Source of the DNA: Verrucomicrobiales bacterium
GTDB taxonomy: Bacteria; Verrucomicrobiota; Verrucomicrobiia; Limisphaerales; UBA11358
Assembly: GCA_028712475.1 (NCBI GenBank)
Contig: JAQTQB010000005.1
Coordinates: forward strand, 43,408-107,407
Length of the DNA stretch: 64,000 bases
Direction of reading: 5' to 3'
How positions within the stretch are numbered: position 1 is the stretch's first letter; each line of letters starts with the position of its first letter. The position numbers and the translations under genes are program-made. This document shows positions 54,326-62,937 of this stretch, piece by piece. The notes under the pieces are model-generated. The model was not told the DNA's origin. It saw nothing but the letters and a program-made list of their open reading frames with translations, and did no database searches.

Positions 54326-55627
54326 GTGCTCGACATCAAATTGATTCGCGAAAAGACGGATTTTGTCCGCGCCCGGCTCGCGCTGCGCGGGGCAGGGGAC
54401 GAAAAGCTCATTGAGCAAATCCTGCAGGCCGACGAACAGCGGCGCACAATTTTAACAGAGGCCGAATCGCTCAAATCCCAGCGGAATCGCGTGTCGAAGG
54501 AAATCGGCGCGTTGATGGGACAGAAAAAAAATGAGGAGGCCGAGGCGAAGAAAAAGGAAACGCGCGACCTGGGCGACAAGATTGCCGGGCTGGACAAGCT
54601 CGTGAACAAGGCCGACGCCGAGCGCGACGCGTTGATGCTCCGGCTGCCGAATCTGCCGCACGAATCCGTGCCGCCGGGCAAAACAGCGGAGGATAATCCC
54701 GAAGTCCGCGTTCACGGCGAGAAAATAAATTTCAGCTTCAAACCCAAATCGCACGTTGAACTGTGCGATTCGCTCAAGCTGGTGGATTTCGCGCGTGCGG
54801 CGAAACTTTCCGGCAGCGGATTTCTGCTCTACACGAATTGGGGCGCGCGGCTGGAACGGGCGTTGATCCAGTTCCTGCTCGATCTGCACATCACGGAACA
54901 CGGCTACACGGAAGTTTCGCCGCCACTGATGGTCGGCGAGCAATGCCTGGTCGGCGTAGGGCAATTCCCAAAATTCAAAGACCAGTATTACGGCGTGGCC
55001 GAGGGCGACGATGCAAAAAATCTCGGCAAACTGTATTTGATACCCACGGCGGAAACGCCCGTGGCGAACATTCATCGGGAAGAAATTCTGGCGGAGAAAC
55101 AATTGCCGATTCGTTACTGCGCCTACACGCCGTGTTTCCGTGGCGAGGCGGGCGCGGCGGGCGTCGGCACGCGCGGCATGATCCGCGTGCATCAGTTCGA
55201 CAAAGTTGAGCTGATCAAAATCGTGAAGCCGGAGAACGGTTACGACGAACTGGAGAAGATGGTTTTGAACGCTGAAAAAGTTTTGCAACTCCTCGGCCTG
55301 CATTACCGTGTCATCATGCTTTGCACGGGCGACATGGGTTTTGGCAGCGCGAAGACTTACGACATCGAAGTCTGGGCGCCAGGGCAGGGGAGCTATCTGG
55401 AAGTTTCGAGTTGCTCGAACTGCGAAGACTTCCAGTCGCGCCGGATGAACCTGCGTTTCAAAGCGGAAAGCGGCGAAAACAAATTCCCGCATATCCTGAA
55501 CGGCAGCGGCACGGCCTTGGCGCGGCTGTTCGTCGCGCTCATCGAAACGCACCAGCAAGCGGATGGCAGCGTGAACATTCCCGCGCCATTGCAGCCATAT
55601 TTGAAAACCAATTGTATTTCCATTTAA
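54326..55627 (+). CDS. serS: Seryl-tRNA synthetase
   Basis: 433 aa with an N-terminal coiled-coil arm (MLDIKLIREK...) and class II motifs (YLIPTAE, FRGEAGAAGVGTRGMIRVHQFDKVE, NGSGTALARL). Confidence 0.96.
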   Translation: MLDIKLIREKTDFVRARLALRGAGDEKLIEQILQADEQRRTILTEAESLKSQRNRVSKEIGALMGQKKNEEAEAKKKETRDLGDKIAGLDKLVNKADAERDALMLRLPNLPHESVPPGKTAEDNPEVRVHGEKINFSFKPKSHVELCDSLKLVDFARAAKLSGSGFLLYTNWGARLERALIQFLLDLHITEHGYTEVSPPLMVGEQCLVGVGQFPKFKDQYYGVAEGDDAKNLGKLYLIPTAETPVANIHREEILAEKQLPIRYCAYTPCFRGEAGAAGVGTRGMIRVHQFDKVELIKIVKPENGYDELEKMVLNAEKVLQLLGLHYRVIMLCTGDMGFGSAKTYDIEVWAPGQGSYLEVSSCSNCEDFQSRRMNLRFKAESGENKFPHILNGSGTALARLFVALIETHQQADGSVNIPAPLQPYLKTNCISI

Positions 55628-55631
55628 GTTG

Positions 55632-55704
55632 AACCACCAAGACACAAAGACACAAAGGAATTTTCCCCATTCACTTTTCTTGGTGTCTTGGTGACTTGGT
55701 GGTT
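55632..55704. repeat. Long imperfect palindrome (25-nt arms) between serS and glgA
   Basis: Left arm aaccaccaagacacaaagacacaaa. The reverse complement of the right arm 55680-55704 is aaccaccaagtcaccaagacaccaa, a 22/25 match. The loop is 23 nt. Confidence 0.8.
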
Positions 55705-55715
55705 TATTTCCGCGA

Positions 55716-57203
55716 ATGAAAATTCTTCTGGCCATCAGCGAAGTTCATCCGTTCTCCAAGACCGGCGGACTGGCCGACATGGCCGGGGCGCTCGGCAAGG
55801 CGCTGGCGCACGCGGGTCACGAAGTTCGAATTGTCACGCCATTGTATCGCGGCATCCGCGAAAAGTTTCCAGCCATGCGCCGCGTGGAGTGGCAGTTCAA
55901 TCTGCCGCTCGGCGCGAAGTGGGAGCAGGGGAATTTGTGGGCTCTGGAGCTTGAAAAAGGGCTGACGGTTTATTTTATCGAGCATCCGGGATTTTTTGAT
56001 CGGCCGGGAATTTATCAGGAGAACAACATCAGCTACGCGGACAACGCCGCGCGGTTCATTTTTTTCTCCAAGTGCGTGGCGCAACTGGCGCGCTATTCGC
56101 CGTGGCGGCCGGATGTGGTTCATGTTCACGACTGGCAATCGGCACTCGTGCCGGTGTTGATGCTCCATCAAAAACGGGCTGAAGGGTGGGGGAATCCGCC
56201 GCCGACGTGCCTGACGATTCACAATCTGGCTTATCAAGGCATCTTCCCGGCGGGCGCATTTGCGCTGACAAACCTGCCAGCAGAATTTTTCACGCCGGAC
56301 GGCGCGGAGTTTTACAAGCAATTAAACTGTCTCAAGGCGGGCATTGTTTTTGCGGACGCCATCACTACGGTCAGCCCGCGTTATGCGCGAGAAATCACCA
56401 CCGAGTCGCTGGGTTGCGGCCTGGATGACCGGCTGCGCCAGCGGAGAAAGCAGCTTTTTGGAATCCTCAATGGCGTGGATTATGGTGAGTGGAACACAAC
56501 GAAAAATTCGTTTTTACCGCACGCTTATACAGTCACACGGCTGGCAGGAAAAGCGGCCAACAAACTGGCGCTGCAAAAAGAGCTTGGCCTGCCGCAACGA
56601 AAGGATGCGCCTTTGTTCGGCACGATTTCCCGGCTCGCCGAACAAAAGGGCGTGGACATCGAACTCGGCGCTTTGGAGGAGATGTTGAGTTCGGACATCC
56701 AGTTTATTTTGCTTGGAAGCGGTTCGTCGGTCTTTGAACGCGGCTATCAAAAACTCGCGAAGCGTTTCCCGGACAAGGTGGCCGTGCGGGTCGGCTACGA
56801 CGAAGGACTGGCTCATCGCATTGAGGCGGCGTGTGATTTTTATCTCATGCCATCGCAGTTTGAACCGTGCGGCTTGAACCAGATGTATAGCTTGCGTTAC
56901 GGCACGGTTCCGGTTGTCCGCGCCACCGGCGGCCTAGATGACAGCGTGATTGATTTTACACAGGACACGATGCGTGCCAACGGGATAAAATTCCAGGAAT
57001 ACTCGGCACGCGCACTGGCCAAGGGCATCCGCAAGGCGCTGGCAATTTACGGACAACCGGAATTGTTCCGCCGCTTCCGGCAAAATGCGATGCGCGCGGA
57101 TTTTTCATGGGAGCAAACCGTTGGCGAATATTTGAGGGCTTACGACGCGGCGAAGGTTTTCAGCGCTGGACAAGATTCACAAACCGCCGGGCGCGTTCCG
57201 TGA
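55716..57203 (+). CDS. glgA: Glycogen synthase (ADP-glucose type, GT5)
   Basis: 495 aa with the N-terminus MKILLAISEVHPFSKTGGLADMAGALGKALA and later HDWQSAL, PSQFEPCGLNQMYSLRYGT. Confidence 0.95.
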   Translation: MKILLAISEVHPFSKTGGLADMAGALGKALAHAGHEVRIVTPLYRGIREKFPAMRRVEWQFNLPLGAKWEQGNLWALELEKGLTVYFIEHPGFFDRPGIYQENNISYADNAARFIFFSKCVAQLARYSPWRPDVVHVHDWQSALVPVLMLHQKRAEGWGNPPPTCLTIHNLAYQGIFPAGAFALTNLPAEFFTPDGAEFYKQLNCLKAGIVFADAITTVSPRYAREITTESLGCGLDDRLRQRRKQLFGILNGVDYGEWNTTKNSFLPHAYTVTRLAGKAANKLALQKELGLPQRKDAPLFGTISRLAEQKGVDIELGALEEMLSSDIQFILLGSGSSVFERGYQKLAKRFPDKVAVRVGYDEGLAHRIEAACDFYLMPSQFEPCGLNQMYSLRYGTVPVVRATGGLDDSVIDFTQDTMRANGIKFQEYSARALAKGIRKALAIYGQPELFRRFRQNAMRADFSWEQTVGEYLRAYDAAKVFSAGQDSQTAGRVP

Positions 57204-57537
57204 CGGCGGCGCTCGGATTATCCGCCCGCCAAGGGGCGTTCCATAAAACGTAAAACTCAAAATCGGTCGCTTCGCGCTTGTGACTTTGCTGGAACCCGGC
57301 GAGGCGCGGACGCATGATTTCTTGAGCGGCAGCCAAGGCGATTTGTGCATTTTGTGGATCACCACCCGGCCAGAGTTTGGGCTGGATTTGAAACCGTGAA
57401 ATTTCTCCGCCCGGCCCGACGGCCTTATCATCATCGCCGCTTTCAATCATAGAAAGTGCCGACCAGCGATCCATCGCCGACACGGGCGCAACCAGCACAA
57501 AGCCGAGTAAAAATAGGATGGCCAGTCGAATTGTCAC
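57160..57537 (-). CDS. Small secreted lysozyme-like/SLT-type transglycosylase domain protein
   Basis: 125 aa with a signal peptide, then LSMIESGDDDKAVGPGGEISRFQI, which resembles the E-S-x catalytic block of SLT domains. Its 3-prime end overlaps the glgA 3-prime end by 44 nt (convergent). Confidence 0.5.
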   Translation of the reverse strand: MTIRLAILFLLGFVLVAPVSAMDRWSALSMIESGDDDKAVGPGGEISRFQIQPKLWPGGDPQNAQIALAAAQEIMRPRLAGFQQSHKREATDFEFYVLWNAPWRADNPSAAVTERARRFVNLVQR

Positions 57538-57698
57538 ATTAGACCAATAAGCCGGCAGCCATCAACCCGTCAACACCAGCTTTCAAACAATTAAATATAA
57601 CAGACATTGTGGCACTAGAACAAAGCTGTTTAAATCTTGATGATGATTTCTGGACAACTGGGCTGGTTTGGTGAATATATTGTCAAACCATTAAAATT

Positions 57699-57998
57699 AT
57701 GACACTAACAAAACGCGACCTCGTCATCCGCATCAGCAGCGAAACCGACCTCGGCCAGCAGCAGGTTTTTGATGTGGTGCAAAAAACCCTCGACTATATC
57801 ACTGAATCGCTGGCCAAGGGCGACAAAGTGGAACTGCGAAATTTTGGCGTTTTTGAAGTCAAGGTTCGCAAGGCACGAGTCGGGCGGAACCCGAACAAGC
57901 CGGAAACCGATGTGCCCATCCCTGCCCGCTCGATGGTCAAATTCAAGGCCGGCAAGGAAATGCGCGCAGAAGTTTTGAAGCTGCCGGCAAAAGCCTGA
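57699..57998 (+). CDS. HU/IHF-family DNA-binding protein (IHF-beta-like)
   Basis: 99 aa with LRNFGVFEVKVRKARVGRNPNKPETDVPIPARSMVKFKAGKEM, the typical DNA-binding arm. Confidence 0.9.
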   Translation: MTLTKRDLVIRISSETDLGQQQVFDVVQKTLDYITESLAKGDKVELRNFGVFEVKVRKARVGRNPNKPETDVPIPARSMVKFKAGKEMRAEVLKLPAKA

Positions 57999-58084
57999 CT
58001 CCAAAGTGAAGCCAGCCGGAAATCTTGAAAAGGATTTCCTGATTTGCTGTTTTCCAATTTCAAAATCTTCCTTACCCTTGCGGC

Positions 58085-59341
58085 ATGGAACGATTGCCTG
58101 GATTTCGCGACTTTTATCCCGAACCGCTCCCGCATCAGGATGTGTGGAGCGCCGACGCCCGTCAGCACATTTTTGACAAATGGCGTGGAACCGCCCGCCG
58201 CTACGGTTTCCGTGAATACGACGGCCCACCGCTCGAACCACTCGAACTATTCACGACGAAGAGCGGCGAGGAAATTGTCGGGCAACTTTACAACTTCGTG
58301 GACAAGGGTGAACGCGCCGTTTCGCTCCGCCCCGAAATGACCCCTACCCTTGCGCGCATGGTGGCCGCGCACGAACGCAACTACAAAAAACCCATCAAAT
58401 GGTTCGCACTCCCGCAACTGTTCCGCTACGAACGCCAGCAGAAAGGCAGGCTGCGCGAACATTTTCAATTCAACGCCGACATTATCGGGGAAACTGATCC
58501 GGCGGCGGATGCGGAATTGATCGCGCTGCTGATAGACACCCTGCGTTCCTTCGGCCTGGCCAGTGAGGATTTTGTCATCCGTTTGAGCAGCCGCAATGCG
58601 TGGCATGATTTCTTCAAGCATGGCGGCGGCGACATGGCGCACGAATACGCCTTTTACCAGATCGTGGACAAACTCGAACGCGAAGCCACGGAACACAGCG
58701 ACGAGAAACTTCGCGCACTCGGTTTCTCCCTCGAAGCCGTCGATGCCTTCATTGAAAAAGGGGCGCCGACGATTGAGTTGCAAAGCATCCTCGACAATCT
58801 GGCCGCGCGCGGCCTGCGCGATTTCGTGAAAATTGATTATCGCGTCATTCGCGGCCTGGCGTATTACACCGGCGTTGTGTTCGAGGCGTTTGATCGCAAG
58901 GGCGAATTCCGCGCCATCGCCGGTGGCGGGCGCTACGACAATCTCGTCAAGCTGATCAGCGGCGGCAAAGTGAATCTGCCCGCGCTCGGCTTCGGCATGG
59001 GTGATGTGGTGCTGCTGGAAATCCTCAAGGCGCGCGGCCTGCTGCCGCAATTCGACGCCAGCGTGGACGTTTTTGTTTTGATCGAAGACGAAAACCTCCG
59101 CGCGCCTTCGCTGAAACTCATTCAAGATTTGCGCACGGCGGGATTTGTTGTGGAGTATTCACTCACGCCTGCCAAATCGGACAAGCAATTCAAACGCGCA
59201 CAGGAGTTGAAAGCCGCGTTCACAGCCAAACTTGAAAGCGAATCCTATGTGCGCATCCGCAATTTGAAGTCACGCGATGAAGTGGTGGCAGGTGTCAGCG
59301 ATGTGGCCAATCACTTGCTGATCAAGACGAACCCTCAATAA
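58085..59341 (+). CDS. hisS: Histidyl-tRNA synthetase
   Basis: 418 aa with PGFRDFYP, RPEMTPTLARM, FRYERQQKGRLREHFQ and GGGRYDNL. Confidence 0.95.
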   Translation: MERLPGFRDFYPEPLPHQDVWSADARQHIFDKWRGTARRYGFREYDGPPLEPLELFTTKSGEEIVGQLYNFVDKGERAVSLRPEMTPTLARMVAAHERNYKKPIKWFALPQLFRYERQQKGRLREHFQFNADIIGETDPAADAELIALLIDTLRSFGLASEDFVIRLSSRNAWHDFFKHGGGDMAHEYAFYQIVDKLEREATEHSDEKLRALGFSLEAVDAFIEKGAPTIELQSILDNLAARGLRDFVKIDYRVIRGLAYYTGVVFEAFDRKGEFRAIAGGGRYDNLVKLISGGKVNLPALGFGMGDVVLLEILKARGLLPQFDASVDVFVLIEDENLRAPSLKLIQDLRTAGFVVEYSLTPAKSDKQFKRAQELKAAFTAKLESESYVRIRNLKSRDEVVAGVSDVANHLLIKTNPQ

Positions 59342-59351
59342 ACCTTCAGCC

Positions 59352-59383
59352 AAACAAAAAAGGCGTGGCTTTCGCCCCGCCTT
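59352..59383 (-). terminator. Probable rho-independent terminator of the rpsP-trmD-rplS operon (minus strand)
   Basis: On the minus strand: aaggcgggg-cgaaag-ccacgcctt followed by ttttttgtttgg. It lies between convergent hisS and rplS. Confidence 0.7.
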
Positions 59384-59403
59384 CGTGAAATTGGTTCGTC
59401 GAA

Positions 59404-59781
59404 TTACTTCGACGGTGTGGACACGGCTTTTTGCTGTTTTTCGTTGACCAGCGTCGCGCCCTTGCCGAGGCGTTTGCGCAGGTAGGTCAGTTTCGCGCGG
59501 CGCACTTGGCCGTGACGCTCAATTTCGATCTTGTCCACTCGCGGCGAGTGCAGCGGAAACACGCGTTCCACACCTTCGCCATAGCTGATGCGGCGCACGC
59601 TGAACGTTTCGTTCAGGCCGTGCCCGCGTTTGCCGATGACGACGCCCGCAAAAACCTGGATGCGTTCCTTGTCGCCTTCGACCACTTTGGTATGCACTTT
59701 GACCGAGTCGCCAACGGCGAATTTCGCGTCGTCTTTGCGATATTGTTCCGATTCAATTTTTTCTTGTAATGCCTGGTTCAT
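59404..59781 (-). CDS. rplS: 50S ribosomal protein L19
   Basis: 125 aa with [29 protein letters not shown] and RRAKLTYLR. Confidence 0.96.
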   Translation of the reverse strand: MNQALQEKIESEQYRKDDAKFAVGDSVKVHTKVVEGDKERIQVFAGVVIGKRGHGLNETFSVRRISYGEGVERVFPLHSPRVDKIEIERHGQVRRAKLTYLRKRLGKGATLVNEKQQKAVSTPSK

Positions 59782-59795
59782 AATCTTTTAAAATT

Positions 59796-60464
59796 TTATT
59801 TCAACAAATCCGGCCGTTGCTTTTCCGTCCGCAACTTCGCCTGTTTGCGCCGCCACTTCTCGATCTCGGCGTGGTTGCCGGACATCAATACTTCGGGAAC
59901 TTTCATCCCGCGAAACTCCGCCGGCCGCGTGTATTGCGGATATTCCAGCAGCCCATGGCTGAAGGATTCATCGTGCGAACTTTCGTCGTCACCCAAAACT
60001 CCGGGCAGCAACCGCGTCACCGCGTCAATCACCACCATCGCGGGCAGCGCGCCGTTCGTCAGCACATAATCACCGATGGACAATTCGTCGTCGGCCAGCG
60101 CCTCGCGCACGCGCTCGTCAAAACCTTCGTAACTGCCACAGACCAGAAGCAGGTCGTCCTGCTGCGCCAGCTCGCGCGCAATGGACTGGTCAAAATTCCG
60201 CCCTGACGGCGACAACAAAATCACTCGCGTCTTTTCGCGCTGCAAACTTTCAATCGCTTCAAAGAGCGGTTCAACTTTCAGCAACATTCCCGGTCCGCCA
60301 CCGAATGGACGATCATCCACGGTCTTGTGCCGGTCGTGCGCCCAATCGCGCAGGTTATGGATTTTTAAATCCAACAAGCCCGCCTCGCGCGCCCGCTTCA
60401 CGATGCTTTCATCGAGCGGCCCGGCGAACATCGCCGGAAACAGCGTTAGCACGTCAATTTTCAT
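59796..60464 (-). CDS. trmD: tRNA (guanine37-N1)-methyltransferase
   Basis: The start is chosen at [21 protein letters not shown]. It has [13 protein letters not shown] and [13 protein letters not shown]-like [14 protein letters not shown]. Confidence 0.94.
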   Translation of the reverse strand: MKIDVLTLFPAMFAGPLDESIVKRAREAGLLDLKIHNLRDWAHDRHKTVDDRPFGGGPGMLLKVEPLFEAIESLQREKTRVILLSPSGRNFDQSIARELAQQDDLLLVCGSYEGFDERVREALADDELSIGDYVLTNGALPAMVVIDAVTRLLPGVLGDDESSHDESFSHGLLEYPQYTRPAEFRGMKVPEVLMSGNHAEIEKWRRKQAKLRTEKQRPDLLK

Positions 60465-60483
60465 CCGTGCCTTAAATTTCCAC

Positions 60484-60729
60484 TCAACTCGCCGGCTTAT
60501 GTTCGACGATTTCAACCGAGCAACGCAGTCCTTTTTTCGCACTGCCGGCAAGCAAGAGCGAGCGGATCGCGTTGATCGTTATGCCCTGCCGCCCGATGAT
60601 CTTGCCAACGTCCTGCGGGTCGAGGCGTAATTCATAAACCGTCGTGCCTGCACGTTCCACCGGCGTGACGGTCACCGCGCCGGGATTTTGGACGAGTCCC
60701 TTGACGACATATTCCAAGAACGCCTGCAT
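60484..60729 (-). CDS. KH-domain RNA-binding protein (YlqC/UPF0109-like)
   Basis: 81 aa with [20 protein letters not shown], a GxxG KH motif. It occupies the canonical position between rpsP and trmD. Confidence 0.85.
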   Translation of the reverse strand: MQAFLEYVVKGLVQNPGAVTVTPVERAGTTVYELRLDPQDVGKIIGRQGITINAIRSLLLAGSAKKGLRCSVEIVEHKPAS

Positions 60730-60746
60730 CGCGGAATAAAATAAAA

Positions 60747-61004
60747 TTAGGCCGCGGCCGGAACCGCCTTGCTCAACTTCTTGATGAAGCTGGCGACGGT
60801 GTCGCTCGGTTGCGCGCCTTTGCTGATCCAGTATTGGGCGCGGTCGAGTTTGAGCGAAAAATTGTCGCCCGGTTTCAACGGTTGATACAAGCCGATTTCC
60901 TCGATGAACTTGCCATCGCGGGGACTGCGGCCGTCGGCTACTACAATGCGAAACACCGGGGCGTTCTTCGTCCCGACGCGCTTCATGCGAATTTTTACTG
61001 CCAT
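60747..61004 (-). CDS. rpsP: 30S ribosomal protein S16
   Basis: 85 aa, [42 protein letters not shown]. Confidence 0.96.
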   Translation of the reverse strand: MAVKIRMKRVGTKNAPVFRIVVADGRSPRDGKFIEEIGLYQPLKPGDNFSLKLDRAQYWISKGAQPSDTVASFIKKLSKAVPAAA

Positions 61005-61035
61005 AAGTTTTTCAAAAGAGCGCGGAAACTATCAG

Positions 61036-61596
61036 TTGCACCGTATTTGGCAAGCCTTGTTTTATGAGAAAACGTCTCTTGCCGACAGGGTCAATCGCTG
61101 GTTTGCTAACGGCGTGAGCATTCCCTATGAGGAAGTGTTGGACGGCACGACGTTGCCGCGTTCCGCGCCCGGTGTGCGGCATGAACTGATTTGCGAACGT
61201 CTGCATACCGCGATGGCGGCGAGCGTGGCGAATCTCGGCAGCACGCAACTGCTCGCGCCGCGCACGAAAATCCGCGTTGCACATTCAACCACCATTTGTC
61301 CCGACCTTGCGCTGATCACGGCCGCCACGGGCAGGCTCTGGCTGGCCGTGGAAATTGTCCACACGGGCGACCATCATGCTGACACGGTCATAAAAAAGGA
61401 AATCTACGAACAGGTCCGCGTGCCGCGGCTGTGGATGATTGATCCGCGCTATGACAACGTGGAGATTTATCACAGCACGGAATTCGGCCTGGCGTTGAAA
61501 GGGATTCTGGCCGGGAGCGAAGTGTTGTCGGAAAAACTGGTTCCCGAATTTCAATTTGTCATCGCCGAATTGTTTGCCGCGCCCACGGCAAAATGA
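61036..61596 (+). CDS. Uma2-family (DUF820) putative endonuclease. The start codon is uncertain; TTG at 61036 is used.
   Basis: ICPDLALI ... WLAVEIVHTGDHHADTVIKKEIYEQVRVPRLWMIDP matches the PD-(D/E)xK Uma2 pattern. The upstream part of track ORF 60904.. overlaps rpsP and is not credible. Confidence 0.72.
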   Translation: MHRIWQALFYEKTSLADRVNRWFANGVSIPYEEVLDGTTLPRSAPGVRHELICERLHTAMAASVANLGSTQLLAPRTKIRVAHSTTICPDLALITAATGRLWLAVEIVHTGDHHADTVIKKEIYEQVRVPRLWMIDPRYDNVEIYHSTEFGLALKGILAGSEVLSEKLVPEFQFVIAELFAAPTAK

Positions 61597-61687
61597 CCCA
61601 GACATCCACATTTTTAAACAGGCTTTTGGTTGAACGGAAAGGCGTGATGGCTTGTCTCAATGTTGAAAGGTAAAAAACAATAAACTT

Positions 61688-62029
61688 ATGAACAAAATCA
61701 AACTGATTACTGTTGCCGCCGCCGCTTTTTTGGTGGCGGGATTCACATCAAGCCTGTCCGCCGCAGACGCGGGCAAGGAAAACACCATCACGGGCAGCAT
61801 GACCTGCGGCAAATGCACGCTGCATGAAACCAAGAGCTGCCAGAACGTCGTCCAGGTCACACAGGACGGAAAAACGGTCAACTATTACCTGAAGCATAAT
61901 GGCACGAGCAAGGATGCGCATGAAGCTATTTGCAAAGGCGGTTCTGAAAAAGTGACCGTCACCGGCACCGTTGAAGAAAAGGACGGCAAGGAAATTTTGA
62001 CCCCGACCAAGATCGAGCCGGTCAAATAA
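61688..62029 (+). CDS. Small secreted cysteine-containing hypothetical protein
   Basis: 113 aa with the signal peptide MNKIKLITVAAAAFLVAGFTSSLSA and four Cys residues (CGKC...C...C). I do not firmly recognise a family. Confidence 0.55.
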   Translation: MNKIKLITVAAAAFLVAGFTSSLSAADAGKENTITGSMTCGKCTLHETKSCQNVVQVTQDGKTVNYYLKHNGTSKDAHEAICKGGSEKVTVTGTVEEKDGKEILTPTKIEPVK

Positions 62030-62046
62030 ATTGGGATCTCAACATC

Positions 62047-62088
62047 CAACCGCCGCTGGAATTTTATTTCTGGCGGCGGTTGAATTTT
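62047..62088 (+). terminator. Hairpin terminator candidate whose right arm lies in the last codons of convergent hisA
   Basis: caaccgccgc-(16 nt)-gcggcggttg, a 10-bp stem followed by aatttt. Confidence 0.55.
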
Positions 62089-62819
62089 ACACAGTCCTCG
62101 TAATTCACGCCGCTGCCGCCAAAAATATCCAGCGCCGAGCCGATGGTCAGGTCAACCTTCCCCTGCCCTAGCCGCGTGACGGTTTCCAAATCTGCGAGCG
62201 AATTTGCACCGCCGGCGTAGGTGGTCGGAATCGGCGACCACCTGCCAAGCTTTGCCACGAGTTCGCCGTCAATGCCCCGGCATAAACCTTCCACGTCCAC
62301 GGCGTGAATTAAAAACTCCGCGCAGAATTCGGAGAACTTTTTCAGCGTTTCTGCATTGACCACAAGTTCCGTGAATTTCTGCCAGCGGTCGGTGACGACG
62401 AAATAATCTTCGCCGCGCCTGCGACAGCTCAAATCCAGCACGAGCCGGGCTTTGCCAATGGCCTTGGCCAGTTCGCCAAGCCGTTCCCAATCCACGCGGC
62501 CTTCGCGAAAAACCCAGCTCGTGACGATGACGTGCGACGCCCCGGCCTCAAGCCAGCCACGCGCGTTTTGCACATTGATGCCGCCGCCAATTTGCAGTCC
62601 GCCTGGAAACGCTGTGAGCGCGGAGCGTGCTTGGGCGTCATTGCCGGAGCCGAGCATGATGACGTGACCGCCGTAGAGGGTGTCACGCTTGTAAAGTTCG
62701 GCGAACCATGCGGCGGAACGGTCGGAGACAAAGTTCGTGCGCAGGCCGGCATCGCCGAGCGTGCCGCCGACGATTTGCTTTACTTTACCTTCATGCAGGT
62801 CAATGCAGGGACGAAACAT
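62064..62819 (-). CDS. hisA: ProFAR isomerase, HisA (HIS6-like long form)
   Basis: 251 aa with MFRPCIDLHEGKVKQIVGG, GGLQIGGGI, HAVDVEGL and YAGG. Confidence 0.87.
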   Translation of the reverse strand: MFRPCIDLHEGKVKQIVGGTLGDAGLRTNFVSDRSAAWFAELYKRDTLYGGHVIMLGSGNDAQARSALTAFPGGLQIGGGINVQNARGWLEAGASHVIVTSWVFREGRVDWERLGELAKAIGKARLVLDLSCRRRGEDYFVVTDRWQKFTELVVNAETLKKFSEFCAEFLIHAVDVEGLCRGIDGELVAKLGRWSPIPTTYAGGANSLADLETVTRLGQGKVDLTIGSALDIFGGSGVNYEDCVKFNRRQK

Positions 62820-62871
62820 GAGTTCAGGCTAGATTCACGCAACGAAAGTTCAAAGCTGAAAGATGAAGCAA

Positions 62872-62899
62872 AAGCCGCTCCGGTTTCCCAGAGCGGATT
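62872..62899 (-). terminator. Probable rho-independent terminator of the transglutaminase-like gene
   Basis: The minus strand reads ccgctc-tgggaaaccg-gagcgg followed by cttttgcttcatctttc. Confidence 0.55.
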
Positions 62900-62937
62900 T
62901 GATTGCAGTGTCACCACAGGCCAAGCCTACAAATTTT

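Noticed and set aside
57610-57626. Sigma-54-like promoter TGGCAC...GC upstream of the IHF/HU gene
   Set aside because: The GG-to-GC distance is two nucleotides longer than in the TGGCACG-N4-TTGCW consensus, and the -12 element is aaGCt rather than TTGC.
62841-62875. Heptamer-like periodicity (NNNGAAA x4-5) upstream of hisA
   Set aside because: The pattern is weak and coincides with the U-rich tail of the probable terminator of the neighbouring gene. It is not convincing as a member of the heptamer-array family.
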